A stretch of DNA of 64,000 nucleotides, from contig NC_045696.1 of NCBI RefSeq assembly GCF_009834535.1, positions 69,380,001-69,444,000 on the forward strand. Reading direction: 5' to 3'. Below, piece after piece: positions 1-13,069 of the stretch. Origin of the DNA: Camelus ferus (taxonomy: Eukaryota). Made by a program: the position numbers and the translations under genes. Numbering within the stretch: position 1 is the first letter of the stretch; each line of letters begins with the position of its first letter. The notes under the pieces are model-generated. The model saw only the letters and a program-made list of their open reading frames with translations, did no database searches and had not been told where the DNA came from.

Positions 1-1324
1 TCCCCTTAAGGACTTGTCACACTCCCTTGAGACATGCTGGGCACCCCACACAATATGATGCCACAGGCACAGCTTCTGCACCTCAGTTTCTTCTGCTCTA
101 AAGCTGCCCCTGTGGGCATGCTGCCAGTGGCTGGGAGTTTCCCCCCCTGCCTCCACGTCATGTCACATAACAGAGCCCTGCATAGGAACAACTCCAGGAG
201 CCCCTCTCTCCCTGGGGCTTGGACAACAACCCCTGGGCCAGGCAGAGAACACATGCCCATCTGCCCTGTTCATCACTTCTCTCCTCGAATCAGGATTTTC
301 AGCACAAACCTTCCTTCTCATCCAGACAAAACCAAAGGTCTTGGGCAAGGTAATTTCACAAAAATTAATTCTTCCAGGGACCCACATCAAATTAACTGAT
401 GTGGGCTAACCAGACCACAAGTTCACCAGATATGTTTAGAGAAATTTGGATCTCATTTGGGGTTAATGGCGGTATGCTTGTTACAGTAACATGTATTATG
501 AATCATTTTCATTATTGCAAGTAGTGACACCCCCCACCTGTGGTTCTTGAATTTAGTTTGGGGTGATCCTAGGGGGGTGCTCACCATATCTCATTCCCCA
601 GATGTGACTCAGGAGGCAGCCCTTCCAGGTGCTTCTGAAAAGAATCCAGGCAGATGAGCTCTGGCTGGACTCATGAGGGAGGAGGACATTTATGTCTGAA
701 AGTTCATACAAGAGATTTAAAGTGAAATCTGAAGGGAGTGGGATTACTATTCCATGGTTACGGGAATGGTTTTGTGTAGGTCATGGTTTCGCAGACTACA
801 GGCCACCTCTCATTAGGGTGTCATGAAATCAGTTCGGTGGGTTGTGATCAGCATTTTAAAAGATGAACAGGGTAAAACAGAAGTATTATGGTGTATCATA
901 TACAATAGGGGTAAGTATTGTTTCATGATCTTTTCGTTTCTGTAAGATCACACGTAGAGATTGAACCATATGAAACTACCATTTTTCAGGTCAAGGTCAA
1001 ATATCTGCAGTTTCATATGGTTCATCTTAACAGGATATGTGCATATTTGGCATATGGAAAATTTCCTTTCTGTGAATCACACACACAAAAAATTTTTTGA
1101 GAAAGAGTATTGGATTTGGAGTCAACATCTGCATGGAGATTCCATCAGAGCTCTTACTAGCTGTGTGCTCTTTCAGCCTTGTGTCTGTTTTGTTTGCCGT
1201 GGGGATGATCAGCCTAGCTGATGGGGCTGATGTCAAGAACTGCGGGACAGAATGCACATGCTGCCACATCATAGGTGCTCACTTAGCATCAGTTAAGTCT
1301 GGGGAGAATGGTAGATAACAAGCA

Positions 1325-1800
1325 TGTGTTGTTCAGGACTCTAGCTGCAAATGTTAAACCCAACTCAAAGCAGCAAAAGCAAAAAATGGAAGTCCAGTGG
1401 TGGTGAGGCCACAGGCATAACCAGAACAGGGACTCAAATGATGTCATCAGATCTGTGTCTCCCTCCACCACTCAGCTCTACTTGCCTTTAAGGACAAGGT
1501 TCTTTTAGCAGAAGGAGAGGGGATTATTGTGACTCACTGTTCAGGTCTATATTACCCAACTCATGACCTCGTAGGTGCTCCCAGGGGAAGACTGATCCAG
1601 ATTGAGGCATGTGCTGTCTTGTGAGCCTGTCTCTGCGATAGGAAGATGGGAAAAAACCGCTTGGGTGGGCTCATCCAGGGGTTGATGAAATCTTCCTGTG
1701 GCCAGAGGGTGGGATGTTGCAACTGATGGTCCCCGCAGAGACATGAGGAGACATGGGGGAGGGCAGTTCCCAAAGGAAGAGGAAGTTGTTATCACCAGAA
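1325..1800 (-). mobile_element. Old MLT1 LTR (MLT1J/K/L-like)
   Basis: TCAGGACTCT..CTGCAA...AAACCCAACTCAAA...AGGGACTCAAATGATGTCATCAG...GCAGTTCCCAAAGGAA. Confidence 0.65.
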
Positions 1801-2969
1801 GCAGGAGAAGGAAAGGAGCCCCAGGCAGACCACCACCACAAGATGAATAAAAGGATCTGAGCTGCCTCCATGGGGTGCCTGAAACAATATTTCTCATTAC
1901 AAGATGTCCCAAATGTCTGGGTCTTGAGCAAAGGGAAACAGGTGATCCGTGGGGCAGTCCACGTGCTCTGGTATGTCTCTCCATCATAGTACTACGGGTC
2001 TCAAGGCTGAAATAGGACACCTGAAGGTCAAGTGCTACCTATAACTTTACCAAAAGGCCAGAGCGGAGAGAGAAGTCAGGAAGAGACAGGCTACCTGGAA
2101 ATGGACAATGCTCCTGAGAGTAGCAAAGGAGCAAGTGGGCAAGCCCGAGAGGGGAGCAGACACAGTAGAACCCGGTCAGAGAGAGGAAGTGGAGGATGCA
2201 GGTCTGATACAGGTCATAAAACTGGCCCCAGGGAGAATACAGGAAGCTGGGAATTTGCTCTATTCAGATCTGTGGAGCATCATTCGGCTAAAAGCAGAGC
2301 ATCTGACACACTCATAATTTGCCTTGCTGACTATTTTATCTCCCAGGGAGTAAAGGGAGTAGCAGATAAACTTCTCTAGACCAAATTCCAACCAGTAAGG
2401 AAGCTGTGATGGTGAGGTGGGGGTAGTAGGTGTGGAAAGCAACTTTGGGGAAAAACTTTCAAGCAGTCTCACAGTTAGTTCCTGATGACAGGGGAGGAGA
2501 CACTGGACACCATCAAAGATCGACCCTGGACCCGGGGCAGGAAGATGTCAGTGCCTTCGCTAAGAGTAGGTGTGACTTCGTGGCTAAGAAGGTGGCTGGG
2601 GAGCATTGGCAAGCTCTCAAAATCACAGTTCTGCTGGTGTAAGTACAGGAGGGCCTTAAGAGGAGAAAAAAATGTGATCTCAAAAAAATGGTGAAAAATT
2701 TACATAAAGGATGTGTTTTCTGTTTACAGTGGAACCTAGACTTTCAAAAAAATCATTTTTATCTTCCTGTGAGTACCCCAAGTATCTGTCTTCAACCAGT
2801 GAAGTGCTGAAAGTTTAATCTCTCTTCCTCACACGCGCACACACACACACACAAGCTGCAAACACATAGCTAGGCTGGTTCAACAACTAGAGTTCCCTAT
2901 TTCTCTAACTTCCTCTTTTTTTTTACTATTAAAGAGAAACTTGGGCAGTCATTAGTTCTGTTGTTATCT

Positions 2970-3095
2970 TAGGGTTGCTGTGCAGTATTTGGAATATATT
3001 TACACTAAAAAATCCTGAAATTCAAATTTAATTGGGCATCCTGGGGTTTGGGGGCGGTTTTCTTGAGGGTGGGTTGTGCTAAATCTGCAACCCTA
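2970..3095. mobile_element. MER53-like hAT MITE
   Basis: TIRs TAGGGTTGC...GCAACCCTA with internal CTGAAATTCAAATTTAATTGGGCATCCTG. Confidence 0.75.
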
Positions 3096-4659
3096 GCCCA
3101 CCCTCGCCCCCAACCCCTCGTTCTGGGAGGCTTGGGTAACAGAGCGGACACTTAGAGAGTGGAGCAAGGGGCAGGGAAATACCTCCAGCTTCTGCAGAGT
3201 CCCCAGACTGCAAGAAACGGATACACAGCCTCCAACCTGTGCCTTATGGCCGGGCAGTTCTTGGTCACACTCTAAGCAGTTACCATCCAGGGAGGGGGTG
3301 GTCCTCAGGGCGGCTCTTTAGCTACACTGCTCCTGGTAGAGTGCTTTATTTCCTTATTCACAAACAAAAGCTGTGAGGAGGCAGTGCTTTTATTAGCTCA
3401 CAGAGCAGCGGGGACTTGCTTTCATCTGTGCCTTAGAGCTTTCTTCTCTAGGAACTCCTGCCTCTCCCATTACTTACAGCCTCTCAGGATTCGCCCGTCT
3501 TTGCCTGGTTGTAAGTGGTTATCACCCCCACGCCTTCTACTTCCTTCAGATGCTTAACGCGCAGCCATGGTTCCCTTCTTCCAAGTTTTTCTTACAGCCC
3601 TTCAAATGTATTTCCCTTTGAACGCAGTCCAACTGGCTGTGGTTTTCAGAAATGAGCCGTGCACCCCTGGACCCAGCATTCTAGGCAAGGACCCTAGTAT
3701 AGGGACAGGTCTACTGTGGCAGCAATGGGAAATTTCCCAGAAGACAAGTACCACTTCCTGGCCCTTGGTTTTAGGCATCCTCACCCATCCAACACCCTCT
3801 TTCTACTGACTGGATTTTATTTGAATTCTCACTGTTCCTTCTTCCCCCCATCAAGTATCCCTTGATTAGAACTGGTGGATTCTATGGAATTCACATATTT
3901 AAGATTCATATTTGTACACAGTTTTCCATTTTTTCTTAAAATGAGTTTTTCTTCTTCAGACCTAAATAAGAAAAAATTGATCCCATGAGAAACAAATTAA
4001 GGAGATTTTATTATATACCAGTTTAATGAAATTGAGAAAGTCATTTACTCCTAGGGAAGGCATTTTATGTGTCTGGAAGGAATACTTGATGATGATAAAT
4101 GAGGTCAGTGGGGATGAGGGGATGGGTTGGCTATTTTTAAGGTCTATTCAAGTATCAAATGATCGTCACTAAATTGCCCTCTACAGAAGGTACATGAGTC
4201 CAGGTGTTCAGGGACCCTTTGTTTTCCTGAGTCCCAGGATGAGTGTAAGTCTGTGAAGCTAGGAGCTCTTATAACAGTAGTTAAAAGATATAATGCGGGT
4301 AGGGGTGGTATCTAAGAAGAAGGAAGAACTGGGAATCAAAAACAAAAATGAGAAAATTTCCGCTGGCCTCTCAGTCACATAGGGGCTAACTATATATCAG
4401 AAGTGATTTAAGAGATGCATTTATTAAAGTCTACATTGTTCACTGCTCATTGTTGCTTCGCAATGAACTAATTCTTAGGTCAAAGTGAGGCTGAGTTCTG
4501 CAAATGGATCATACAGAGATGAAAGAATATGGGCTGGAGTTGGAGCACTAAGGCGAGCGCTCACTCAGGGTTAAAATCATTGTTAATGTTAGACTGAAAA
4601 ATATTATGCAGCAACTAATATGTACATAATATATAATAATCTTTATGGAGCATTTTTGA

Positions 4660-4835
4660 TGATATGAGAGATGGTTTATGCTAAATGTTACATTTAGAAA
4701 GCAAATTTTAAATTATATATGCTCTACTGATCTCAATTATGTAAAAATTACAGAAAAACGACTGGAAGGAAATGTACCAGAATGTTAACAATGGTTGACC
4801 TTGGATGGTAGAATTGTGATGATTTTTTTCTTTTC
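4660..4835 (+). mobile_element. L1ME-type 3' end fragment
   Basis: GACTGGAAGGAAATGTACCAGAATGTTAACAATGGTT...GGATGGTAGAATT. Confidence 0.6.
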
Positions 4836-4837
4836 AA

Positions 4838-5195
4838 TTTTTTTTAGGGAAGTATAGTTGACTTACAATATTACATTCATTGCAGGTGTACAACATAGTG
4901 ACTTGATATTTCTATATATTGCAAAATGATCACCATGCTAAGTCTAGTTACCATCTGTCATATACAAATTTATTACATTATTGATTATATCCCTTATGCT
5001 GTACTTTTCATCCCTGTTCATCTATTTTGTAACTGGAAGTTTTTACCTCTCCATCTCCCTCACCTATTTTACTCTTCCCTCACTCCTCTCCCCTCTGGCA
5101 ACCACCTATGTGTTCTCTGTATATATGAGTCTATTTCTGCTTTGTTTGTTCATTTGTTTTGTTGTTCAGATTCCACATATAAGTGAATTCATATA
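4838..5195 (-). mobile_element. L1MA9-like 3' end
   Basis: GAAGTATAGTTGACTTACAATATT...CCCCTCTGGCAACCAC...AGATTCCACATATAAGTGA. Confidence 0.9.
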
Positions 5196-5204
5196 AAGGA
5201 TGTG

Positions 5205-5564
5205 TCTTTCTCAGAGGCCAGCAGTCTGAAGTCAGTCTGATCGGGCAGAAGTCAATGTGTCACAGGGCTAGGGGAGAATCTGTTCCTCGCCTCTTCCAGC
5301 TTCTAGGGGGTTGCTGGCATCCCTTGGCTTGTGACTGTTTCACTCACTCCAACCTTCAAGGCCAGTGTCACTGAATGTTCTCCTGACTCTACGTCAAATC
5401 TGTCCCACCTCCCACTTATAAAGGTACGTGTGACTGCATTTAGGGCACAGCTGGATAACCCAATATCACCTCATTGCAAAATCTTTAACTTAATCACACC
5501 TGCAAGGCCCCTTATCAGGGGTTCCAGGGATTTGGACCCGAAGGACACCATTCTGCCTGCTACA
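5205..5564 (-). mobile_element. MLT1 (ERVL-MaLR) LTR, MLT1C/D/E-like
   Basis: AGGGGAGAATCTGTTCCTCGCCTCTTCCAGCTTCTAG...CTTTAACTTAATCACACCTGCAA...CCATTCTGCCTGCTACA. Confidence 0.85.
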
Positions 5565-6437
5565 CTGGGCTAGGGGTTTGCACCTAATGACTCTTCAGTC
5601 TGTAAGCAACTGCTCAGTTAAAGCTGAGTCTACAAGGGGAAAGGGAAATATGGTATGGTGGCAAAAGAATTTTGGGAGGACTACGTGGATGAGGGTAGAC
5701 CTAAGCTAGCCTTCCTTAAGTAGCAGCTTGTTTATTGATTCTGTCTTAAATCTGCCACTTCTTCCCATGGTCTATAGAGCTGCTTAAGTCCCCAGACTCT
5801 TAGCCTCCTCTCTTTCCGACCAAATCTCCAGGGAAATGAGCTGGTTCTGAAGTCCTGGAGTGTACCAAGCTGGAAAGATCACCTGGGCTAATCCCCACTC
5901 TCTTCCTTTATTGATGAGGGGCCCAAGGTTCAGGTGAAGCCAGGTTTGCTGAGTCCCTTCCCCCAGAAACCAGGACTTCTAATACTTGAGCCTATACTTT
6001 GAAGGAGCCAGTACAGTATCCCCGCAAGAGGCTTCAGGTTTGGGATGCAAAGATCAAGGCAGGAGTCACTAGGATTGACTGAACATGTGAAAAACATCCA
6101 TTTTTGCCCTGTTTGAGCCTGGCTATGGTTCTTCCTGCTTTCCTCTCTGGGGCAGTGTGCCATCCCTGTTCACCCTCATTATCTTCTTCTCCCCATTTGA
6201 CTCCGTCTCTGCCTCCACACTCACCCTCTCTTCTTGTCTCTTAGCCCTAGGTCCTCACAGCCCTGGTAGGACTTCCTCCTATTCCCCTTTTCTTCTCACC
6301 TTCCCCTCTCCTTCCCCCTCCCATTAGCCTTTCCTTCTCAGCCCACCCTACTCTAGTGTCCTTCGCAGTGGCTCTTTGTGAATTTCAAGGCAACCATGAT
6401 GAAATAGAGAAGCAGAGTGGCTTCTGGAGGCAAATAA

Positions 6438-6485
6438 TTCTCTTCTTCTTCTTCTTCTCCTTCTCCTCCTCCTCCTCTTCCTTCT

Positions 6486-6518
<33 letters not shown>

Positions 6519-6533
6519 AGTGTGTGTGTGTGT
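6438..6533. repeat. Compound microsatellite (CTT/CCT)n + (GT)15-CA-(GT)7
   Basis: Read directly from the sequence. Confidence 0.95.
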
Positions 6534-6779
6534 CAAGTTTAGGGCCTCTGAAACTGAGAGTGATAATGAGGAAGGAAGTGGAGATATAAGGGAGGAGGGT
6601 TCACCTTAGCTTCTCCATTTGCGGGTTTCACTTGCATGAATTTTCCTGTCACCAGAGTGATGAGTAGATATCTAGACATCTACTTATATAATTGCTAGGT
6701 TGCAAGCTCATGTGCATGAGCAAATTAGATCCCCAACATTAGGACATCCCCTAACTCTACCAAAGCTCCACGGCATTCA

Positions 6780-6935
6780 TCAGCCATGTGACCTTTGGAC
6801 TTACACGTTTCCTCATCTTTGAATATCACAGGGATAATAATACCTACTTCACAGGGTTTTTGTGAAGCATAAATGAGATAATGCCTGTGAAATCCTCTAG
6901 CACGGAAATTGGTGCCAGTTAACAGTCAATAAACA
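6780..6935 (+). mobile_element. MIR
   Basis: GTTTCCTCATCT...GGGATAATAATACCTACTTCACAGGGTT...AAATGAGATAATG. Confidence 0.8.
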
Positions 6936-6959
6936 TTCGTCAAACCGATATCTGGGTCA

Positions 6960-7200
6960 CTTTCCTGTAAAGACGTTTCTGACCTCCTGTGCCCGGGAGA
7001 ACTGACCCCTCTTTTATGCCCCTGTGTTAGAACCTGTAATACTTTTTACCTTCTTGGCCCTCATCTGCCCCTCCCCTCACCTCCCCCTCTGGCTCTAAGC
7101 CTCTCTAGGACAATGGAAACCTTACTCGTCTTTGTAATCCCAGTGCCTAGTACAGTGACTGGCTCATGGGAGATGCCCTGTAAGTATCGGTTGAATTGAT
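6960..7200 (+). mobile_element. L2 3' end
   Basis: TTTGTAATCCCAGTGCCTAGTACAGTGACTGGCTCAT...GTTGAATTGA. Confidence 0.65.
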
Positions 7201-7914
7201 TTGAAATGGTGGGACTTTCTGAACTGCAAGTCTTTCAGGCCAGGGTTGTTTTGAATTTATCATGCCAGTTGCTGCCTCCTTGTGTTTATTAAGATCGATG
7301 GTAAAACCCATTGAAAGGCATCTGGCGCTAGTAGCCCCAGGAGACTCTGTCAGCTCTGGTCCACCCCAGGCAGACGAGCCTCATTAAGAGAGATCAAACT
7401 GTTTACTATGCTGGCAGTGCCCAGACACGCTTCCCTCCCAAGCCGGTGCGGTTTGCCGCTCAGTGCCGCTCAGTGCCGTCATATCATTGAAAGCGTGAAG
7501 GCTCAACGGAAGCCATGCACCTCTCCAACGCTCCCAATGGGGCTGCCTCATGGGCTCATCTTCCCTGGGGACAGTCTTCTCTGGTTACAACCAGAGCCTC
7601 TCAGAGGCTTTGGGGTTGGTCCCGTCCAGATGTGATGGATGGGAATGAGGCCCAGGGAGTCACATCTGGACAGGTAGAGTCCTGGGGCCTGGAGATGCCA
7701 GAGGCTGTTCTTCAAGAATGTCTGTGGGACATTGTCAGGATGGAGTACCACCGATGCTGTAGCTCGGGTAAGAGTATGTTGTGTGCCCAAGCTGAGGCTG
7801 ACGTAGAGGCCCGGCAGAAGGATGAGCTGCTAAGACATAGCTGAGAGTTTCTGAAACAGACAGGTCACAGAAGGGAGTGGGAAAGGGCTAATAACTAAAA
7901 CTAATGGCTGTGCA

Positions 7915-8090
7915 TTGGGAAACTACTATGTGCCAGGCACAGTCAAATACTTTATCTTCTTAATCATCACGACAACATATGTAGTAGGCTTGCACACGAA
8001 GAAGTTGAGGGGCAAAGGACTAAGTGACTTGACTTGCTTAAGTCCACACAACAAGCAAGTGCCAGAAGCAGGGTCAAAGCCCGGCCTTGG
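7915..8090 (-). mobile_element. MIR
   Basis: TACTATGTGCCAGGCAC...AAGTGACTTG. Confidence 0.6.
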
Positions 8091-8562
8091 GCCCCACGCT
8101 TCTGCTCCTGCCATGCTCCACTGCCAATATGGGGACGGCGGGTATGTGCTGTGCTGTCTCTTCTAGGCTGTGCTCAGCTTGGGCACAGAGGCCTGGGCCT
8201 GGCTGATCTGGGGGTCCACACTGGTAGAGACCCATGACCCTTTCTGTATCTTATAAAGAAATAATGCTCTTGTCCCACTCGATAGCCTATTTCTGGCTCT
8301 TGTATCAGTGCTCACGCCATTGCATTGTACTCGGATAGAGTTTCCTTTTTGTGAATTATTCAACCACATTATTCACTGTACCTGTTGTGGCCTTAAGAAG
8401 GACTTCTTAAAGTTCAGAAATGCGGCCTTTCCTGAGTCAGTCACCATAAGAAGAGTCAGGAAACTGAGAGGGGGAGAGAGGATTCTCTGCTCCTCTAAGG
8501 GTCTTTCCCTTACTCCCCTACTAAACATCAAAAAGCATGCACTTCTAAGGCACGACTCTTGG

Positions 8563-8576
8563 ATGCTAGATGGCGC
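8563..8576 (+). promoter_or_regulatory. CTCF-like motif
   Basis: ATGCTAGATGGCGC vs CCRCTAGATGGCGC (12/14), with the CpG retained. Confidence 0.35.
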
Positions 8577-8889
8577 CCAACATACAGAGACTGAATGAAC
8601 CCCAAAGCCACAATCTAGAGACCACACAGTATCTTGAGAACCAGATCATCTGGTTGCAAATTACTCTGTATGCTTATGTTCCTGCTACTATCTCTGAACA
8701 CCGCATGAAGAATTGTTTAGATCCCCTAGCCTGCCCACAAAAGGTTGTGGTTACGGCATTAAAGAGTAGCGTCCTCTGAGGTCACCATGAAAGGTGAATC
8801 TTTGGAAGTGAGAGTTGGGCTGTGTTGTTTTTTCTGCCTCTTTCCACGTGAAGAACCTTCCTCCCCAGCCAGCCTTGCAGCATAGATGA

Positions 8890-9295
8890 CTTAGGATCCT
8901 TTTGACTGCAAGGAACAGAACATGTTGAATCAAAGTGACTTAAACAATAGGGAAATGTATTTCCCTACAATAGGGTAGAGTAGGCCCCAGGCAGGACAGA
9001 ATCCACACATCAGTGATGGCATCAGATACACAGGTCCACTCAGCTGACCACAGTGTCAGCTCCTACCCCAAACTGGTTTCCCTTGTGGTTCTACGATGGC
9101 TGCTAATGGGAATCAGGACTGCATGTCTGTGCATATCAAGAAGTAGGATGCTTCCTCAAGCATGGACTGTAATTTCTTACACTTCCCACATTCCCACACC
9201 TGGACCAGTAGCAGATGCCAGTGGAATGCCACGGCTGGTAACGCGTGGATGCCCGAATAGAATCAGGATTTAATTGGGAAGTTCCGCTGGCAACC
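8890..9295 (-). mobile_element. Old MLT1 LTR (MLT1J/L-like)
   Basis: TTAGGATCCTTTTGACTGCAAGGAACAGAA...AGTGACTTAAACAATAGGGAAATGTATT...GATGGCTGC. Confidence 0.6.
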
Positions 9296-10547
9296 AGAAC
9301 CTGCAGCAGAGTCTGGGTATTATTTTATCATGGAAAGTGGCAACTTCCTTAAAACTGGCCTTTGCTTCTGCAGGTTGCTAGAATTTGGGGCTTCTCCTTG
9401 TATGGAGACTGAGAGCCAGTGGGGTTGCAGGGACAGTGTTGCCAGGTACACATAGCGCCTAAGCCTTGTGCCACAGGTGACTTTTTGTTCACGGCTAACC
9501 TCTGAGTCGCCGTCCAGAGTTTCAGGGGGCTGCTGTAGCTGCCAAGGGCTGACACTGTCCTCATAGAAGCAACAGAGATACAGACAAAACCCTTAAAATT
9601 GGGTGTCTGGAGAACTTCCAGGTACCAACATGTGCCGTCATCTTACGCATCCCTGTCCAGGCAGAGACTTGATAGCCTGTGGTCCTAGAAATCTGCATTT
9701 GTAGTCTGGCATTGCTGACTTGCGCCCTTTGCTTCCTGGAGGCCATTCATATCAACTGACCCCTTCCCTGCCCTGCAGTTAATGTGGCCTTGAAAAAACT
9801 GAAGAGATTCCACAGCTGTAAACCCTAGTCCTCATTTCCTTCATTAAATGTTCATTTTCTAAGTACCTCCCAAGAACCAGGCACCAAGAAGGAATGATAT
9901 TTGCATGCTTTTTGACCTTCATGCCCTAGAGGTTGTTACTCACCCCATGCAAGGAAGTAAGGGATTGTATCAAAGGCAGACACTTGTGATTTGAGAGGTG
10001 CTACCAGGAACATGGAGGGTGATGGATAGAGGGGTGCATGGAGTATGAGCTGCACATGTTTTTGTGGGGAAGGGGTTCTGCGGAGCATAATAAATGGGAG
10101 GAGTCATTATGGGTCAAGGCTACATTAAACCAGTCTTGAAAATGGCTACTCACCAAGGGAAGCCCATATGTCATGCTAGTTAATAGAGATCACGTAGAAT
10201 AGAGGTTTCCTCTATCAAGTATCTCATCTGTCACTCCTGACAGGTGAGAGGGCTGCTAAAACTAAGCAGAAGGCAAGCCTGTTGTTGACTGGGGGACCAT
10301 GGAGAGCTGCTGTCAAGGCCACCCTTTGTGGCTCTTCATCTGGTGTCCTCTCCCTTTAGAGAGGCAAAAAACATATTGATTTTCCTCACGAGTGGTGTCT
10401 CAGTGACTAAGTCAGTGGCACAGTTGCCAGCATCATGTAACCAGCCTGGATCAGGATGGTGGAGGTGGGCATGTGGCACATTAAGCACACATTTCATTCT
10501 ATGTGCACTGGTTTTTAAAAACAAATAGCATGGACCTCTGCAGAAGC

Positions 10548-10552
<5 letters not shown>

Positions 10553-10594
<42 letters not shown>
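10553..10594. repeat. (GT)21 microsatellite
   Basis: Read directly from the sequence. Confidence 0.97.
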
Positions 10595-10597
<3 letters not shown>

Positions 10598-11019
10598 CAC
10601 ATGCACGTGCCTATGTACCTATCAGAAGAAATGTGTTAGGGTGAGTGGACCTGATGATGTTTCTATCATAACCATTTCTTATTGAAGTTTCAAAACTTCT
10701 GCCAGGTCTCAGGATCGGGTCATCTTGTCACCTGGAAATGGAGGACACTGGCTGTATCTTGCAGGATTCTGGCCTGGGCAGCCACCAGAGCCAAGTAGCA
10801 CCCTGGGCAGAACAGGCCAGGAGGGGACTGTGGATTTTTCCTTCTCCTCATGGCAGTGAGCTACCCCGAGACAATCTGGATGGGCGTTTGGTGTTCTGGG
10901 AAGGAACTTATCCTCTGCCAGCTCTGGGCGTGGAGCTTTCCCTGTGTTCACTTGCTCCTTATGCTGTGGGGAGTTCAGCTTACCCTAAATCTTAGAGGGT
11001 AAACCACCATCCCCTCTAA

Positions 11020-11432
11020 GACCACTATCACCACCACTTCCACGTCTATCCCTGCCTCCTCCTCTGGAATCACCTCCCCTCCACCTTCAACAACCATCAC
11101 GACCATTACTGCCATCCTATCGCCTCTGCTCCTCCTCCACCACCACCTTCATCTCCAACCACCATTACCACCACCCCCACCATCATTGGCCACCACCACC
11201 TCCTCTGCCAACATTGCTCCAAAAACGACCCTTACTGCACCACCTCCACTGCCACCATCGCCACTACCTCCACCTCCTCTACCACCACCATCACTACCAC
11301 CTCCATTGCTACCATCATGCCACCACCTCCTCTACTCCTGTGGTCATCATCATCCCCACCACCTCCATCAGGACCACCAGCACCGCCACCACCAGTATCG
11401 AAACCACACTTCCACCATGACCATTCCCACCA
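11020..11432. repeat. Degenerate (CAC/CCA/CAT)n low-complexity tract
   Basis: About 400 bp of CACCAC/CATCAC triplets, which produce spurious Pro/His/Thr-rich ORFs. Confidence 0.92.
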
Positions 11433-11934
11433 TACAGTCTGGGTGCTTACAGTGCAAGCCTATGCATTGTTGGGGTTCCACCCCACTCGTTACTATTTCT
11501 TACAATTCTTTCCTTTGTAAAAATTCTTACAGTCTATAAATCTCCAAGCACAGACCAGTAAACTGTCTAGTTGATCTACTGGAACTTTAATGGAATGAAA
11601 TGAAATGACCTACCAATTCTTTTCCAAGATTCTTTAGTAGGTGTGTGTGTGTGTGTCTGATTGGGTGTGTACCCTCATTCATGTCCATATGCATGGAGGT
11701 AGCCAGCTTGGTCTGGTATTCATCTGTCTTTCCAGAAGACTTTCTGACAGAACCTAGATTTAGAGTGTAGAAGGAGATAAGATGCGATGAGAACTGTGCA
11801 TGTGTACACCCCTCTGAGCTCACACCATTCAGCATTGCTTTGCAAACCAGTGATGGGTCCCAGGAACTCTGGTTCATGGCAAAGTTTGGGGGCTTCATGA
11901 AATAAAGGAAGAGTCATGATGGAGAATTAGAAAA

Positions 11935-12075
11935 GACTGGTGTTAAATATCATTTGGGCCTCCAACTCACTGAATGACCTTAGGTGAGTCACTTTTACCT
12001 CTCCCAGCTTCAATTTCCTCTCCCTGTATGTAAGGACAATTTTACCATGTCCTGGTATTACTGAGGGGATTAAAA
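11935..12075 (+). mobile_element. MIR
   Basis: TGACCTTAGGTGAGTCACTT..ACCTCTC...CTTCAATTTCCTC. Confidence 0.65.
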
Positions 12076-13069
12076 GAAAAGACAATAGTGACAGGAGCTG
12101 ATGCTAGCCTGGAACACAAGGAGTGTTGGCTCCTCCCTTTGCTCACCCCGCTCCTACTCTCCATAGCCTTCAGTTGCTTGGGGAGCACCATTCTTGGTCC
12201 AGTCCTCTGAGACAGTGGGCTTCCTGTTCCCAGTTCTATCGCAAATGGCTCTGAAGAAAGAACACAGTGATCCTGTAAAATGTCACTGAATCAGAAGTTC
12301 TGCAGCTTTGCCAACAATCTGGGGGAGAGGACTTTGGAGCGGTTACAGGGAGAAAGTGAGAGGACAGCCCTGGGCTTGAGCTCCTTGCTGGGAATTGACT
12401 AGAGGGCTCCCATCTTTTCTGCCTCTTTAATGTGGGAATGCACCACACACACACACACACATTCAGGCCAATCCGACTGTTAGGCAGAGGACAAGGACAA
12501 GCAGGGAATGGGATCAGAGCCCCCAGAAGCCTGGAACTGGTGTCCCTGGGGCTTGACTGATTCACAGTCCACATCCACATGACCCTACCCAGGCAGTGCC
12601 TCCCACTGCAGCCTCACCCCAAGCATACAGATGAGCAGGCTGACTACCTCCCTGCCAGGCCCCCTCAGCAGGCTTTTTTGTTCCACTTTTCTCCCTTCTG
12701 ACTGTGTCTCTCACCAGTCTTTAGCCCAGGTCTCACTCTCCTTCCCCTTGGCCTCAGCAATGGAGGCTGGTGGGCCAGGGGGCCGTGGAAGCAAAGGCTA
12801 GGGCTGGGGAGCCACTGGGAGACAATGGCTTGGTGACAGTGACCTCACCTCTGTCCCAACTGCTAGCACTGTCCTCGAAAGCCCAGGGTTAGCTCCCAGA
12901 AGCAGAGTCAGGGAGCTAGTTGGGCCTGCCTCTCCAGCAGTCATGGTGCTTCCTGGAAAGTGTCTTTTTTATTTCCTTTTTAGCTCATAAGACCCTTCAT
13001 GGAAACAAATTCCAGCAAACCTTGGGGTTCATGTGTTGGCATCCATTTGAGGTAGAGAATTCACAATAG

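Noticed and set aside
8571..8581. TGGCGCCCAAC resembling a tRNA-Lys primer-binding site
   Set aside because: Only 11 nt match, with no LTR end upstream or gag-like sequence downstream. Better explained as a CTCF-like motif or chance.
11186..11539. Pro/His/Thr-rich ORFs
   Set aside because: Translations of a degenerate CAC triplet repeat, open in all three frames.
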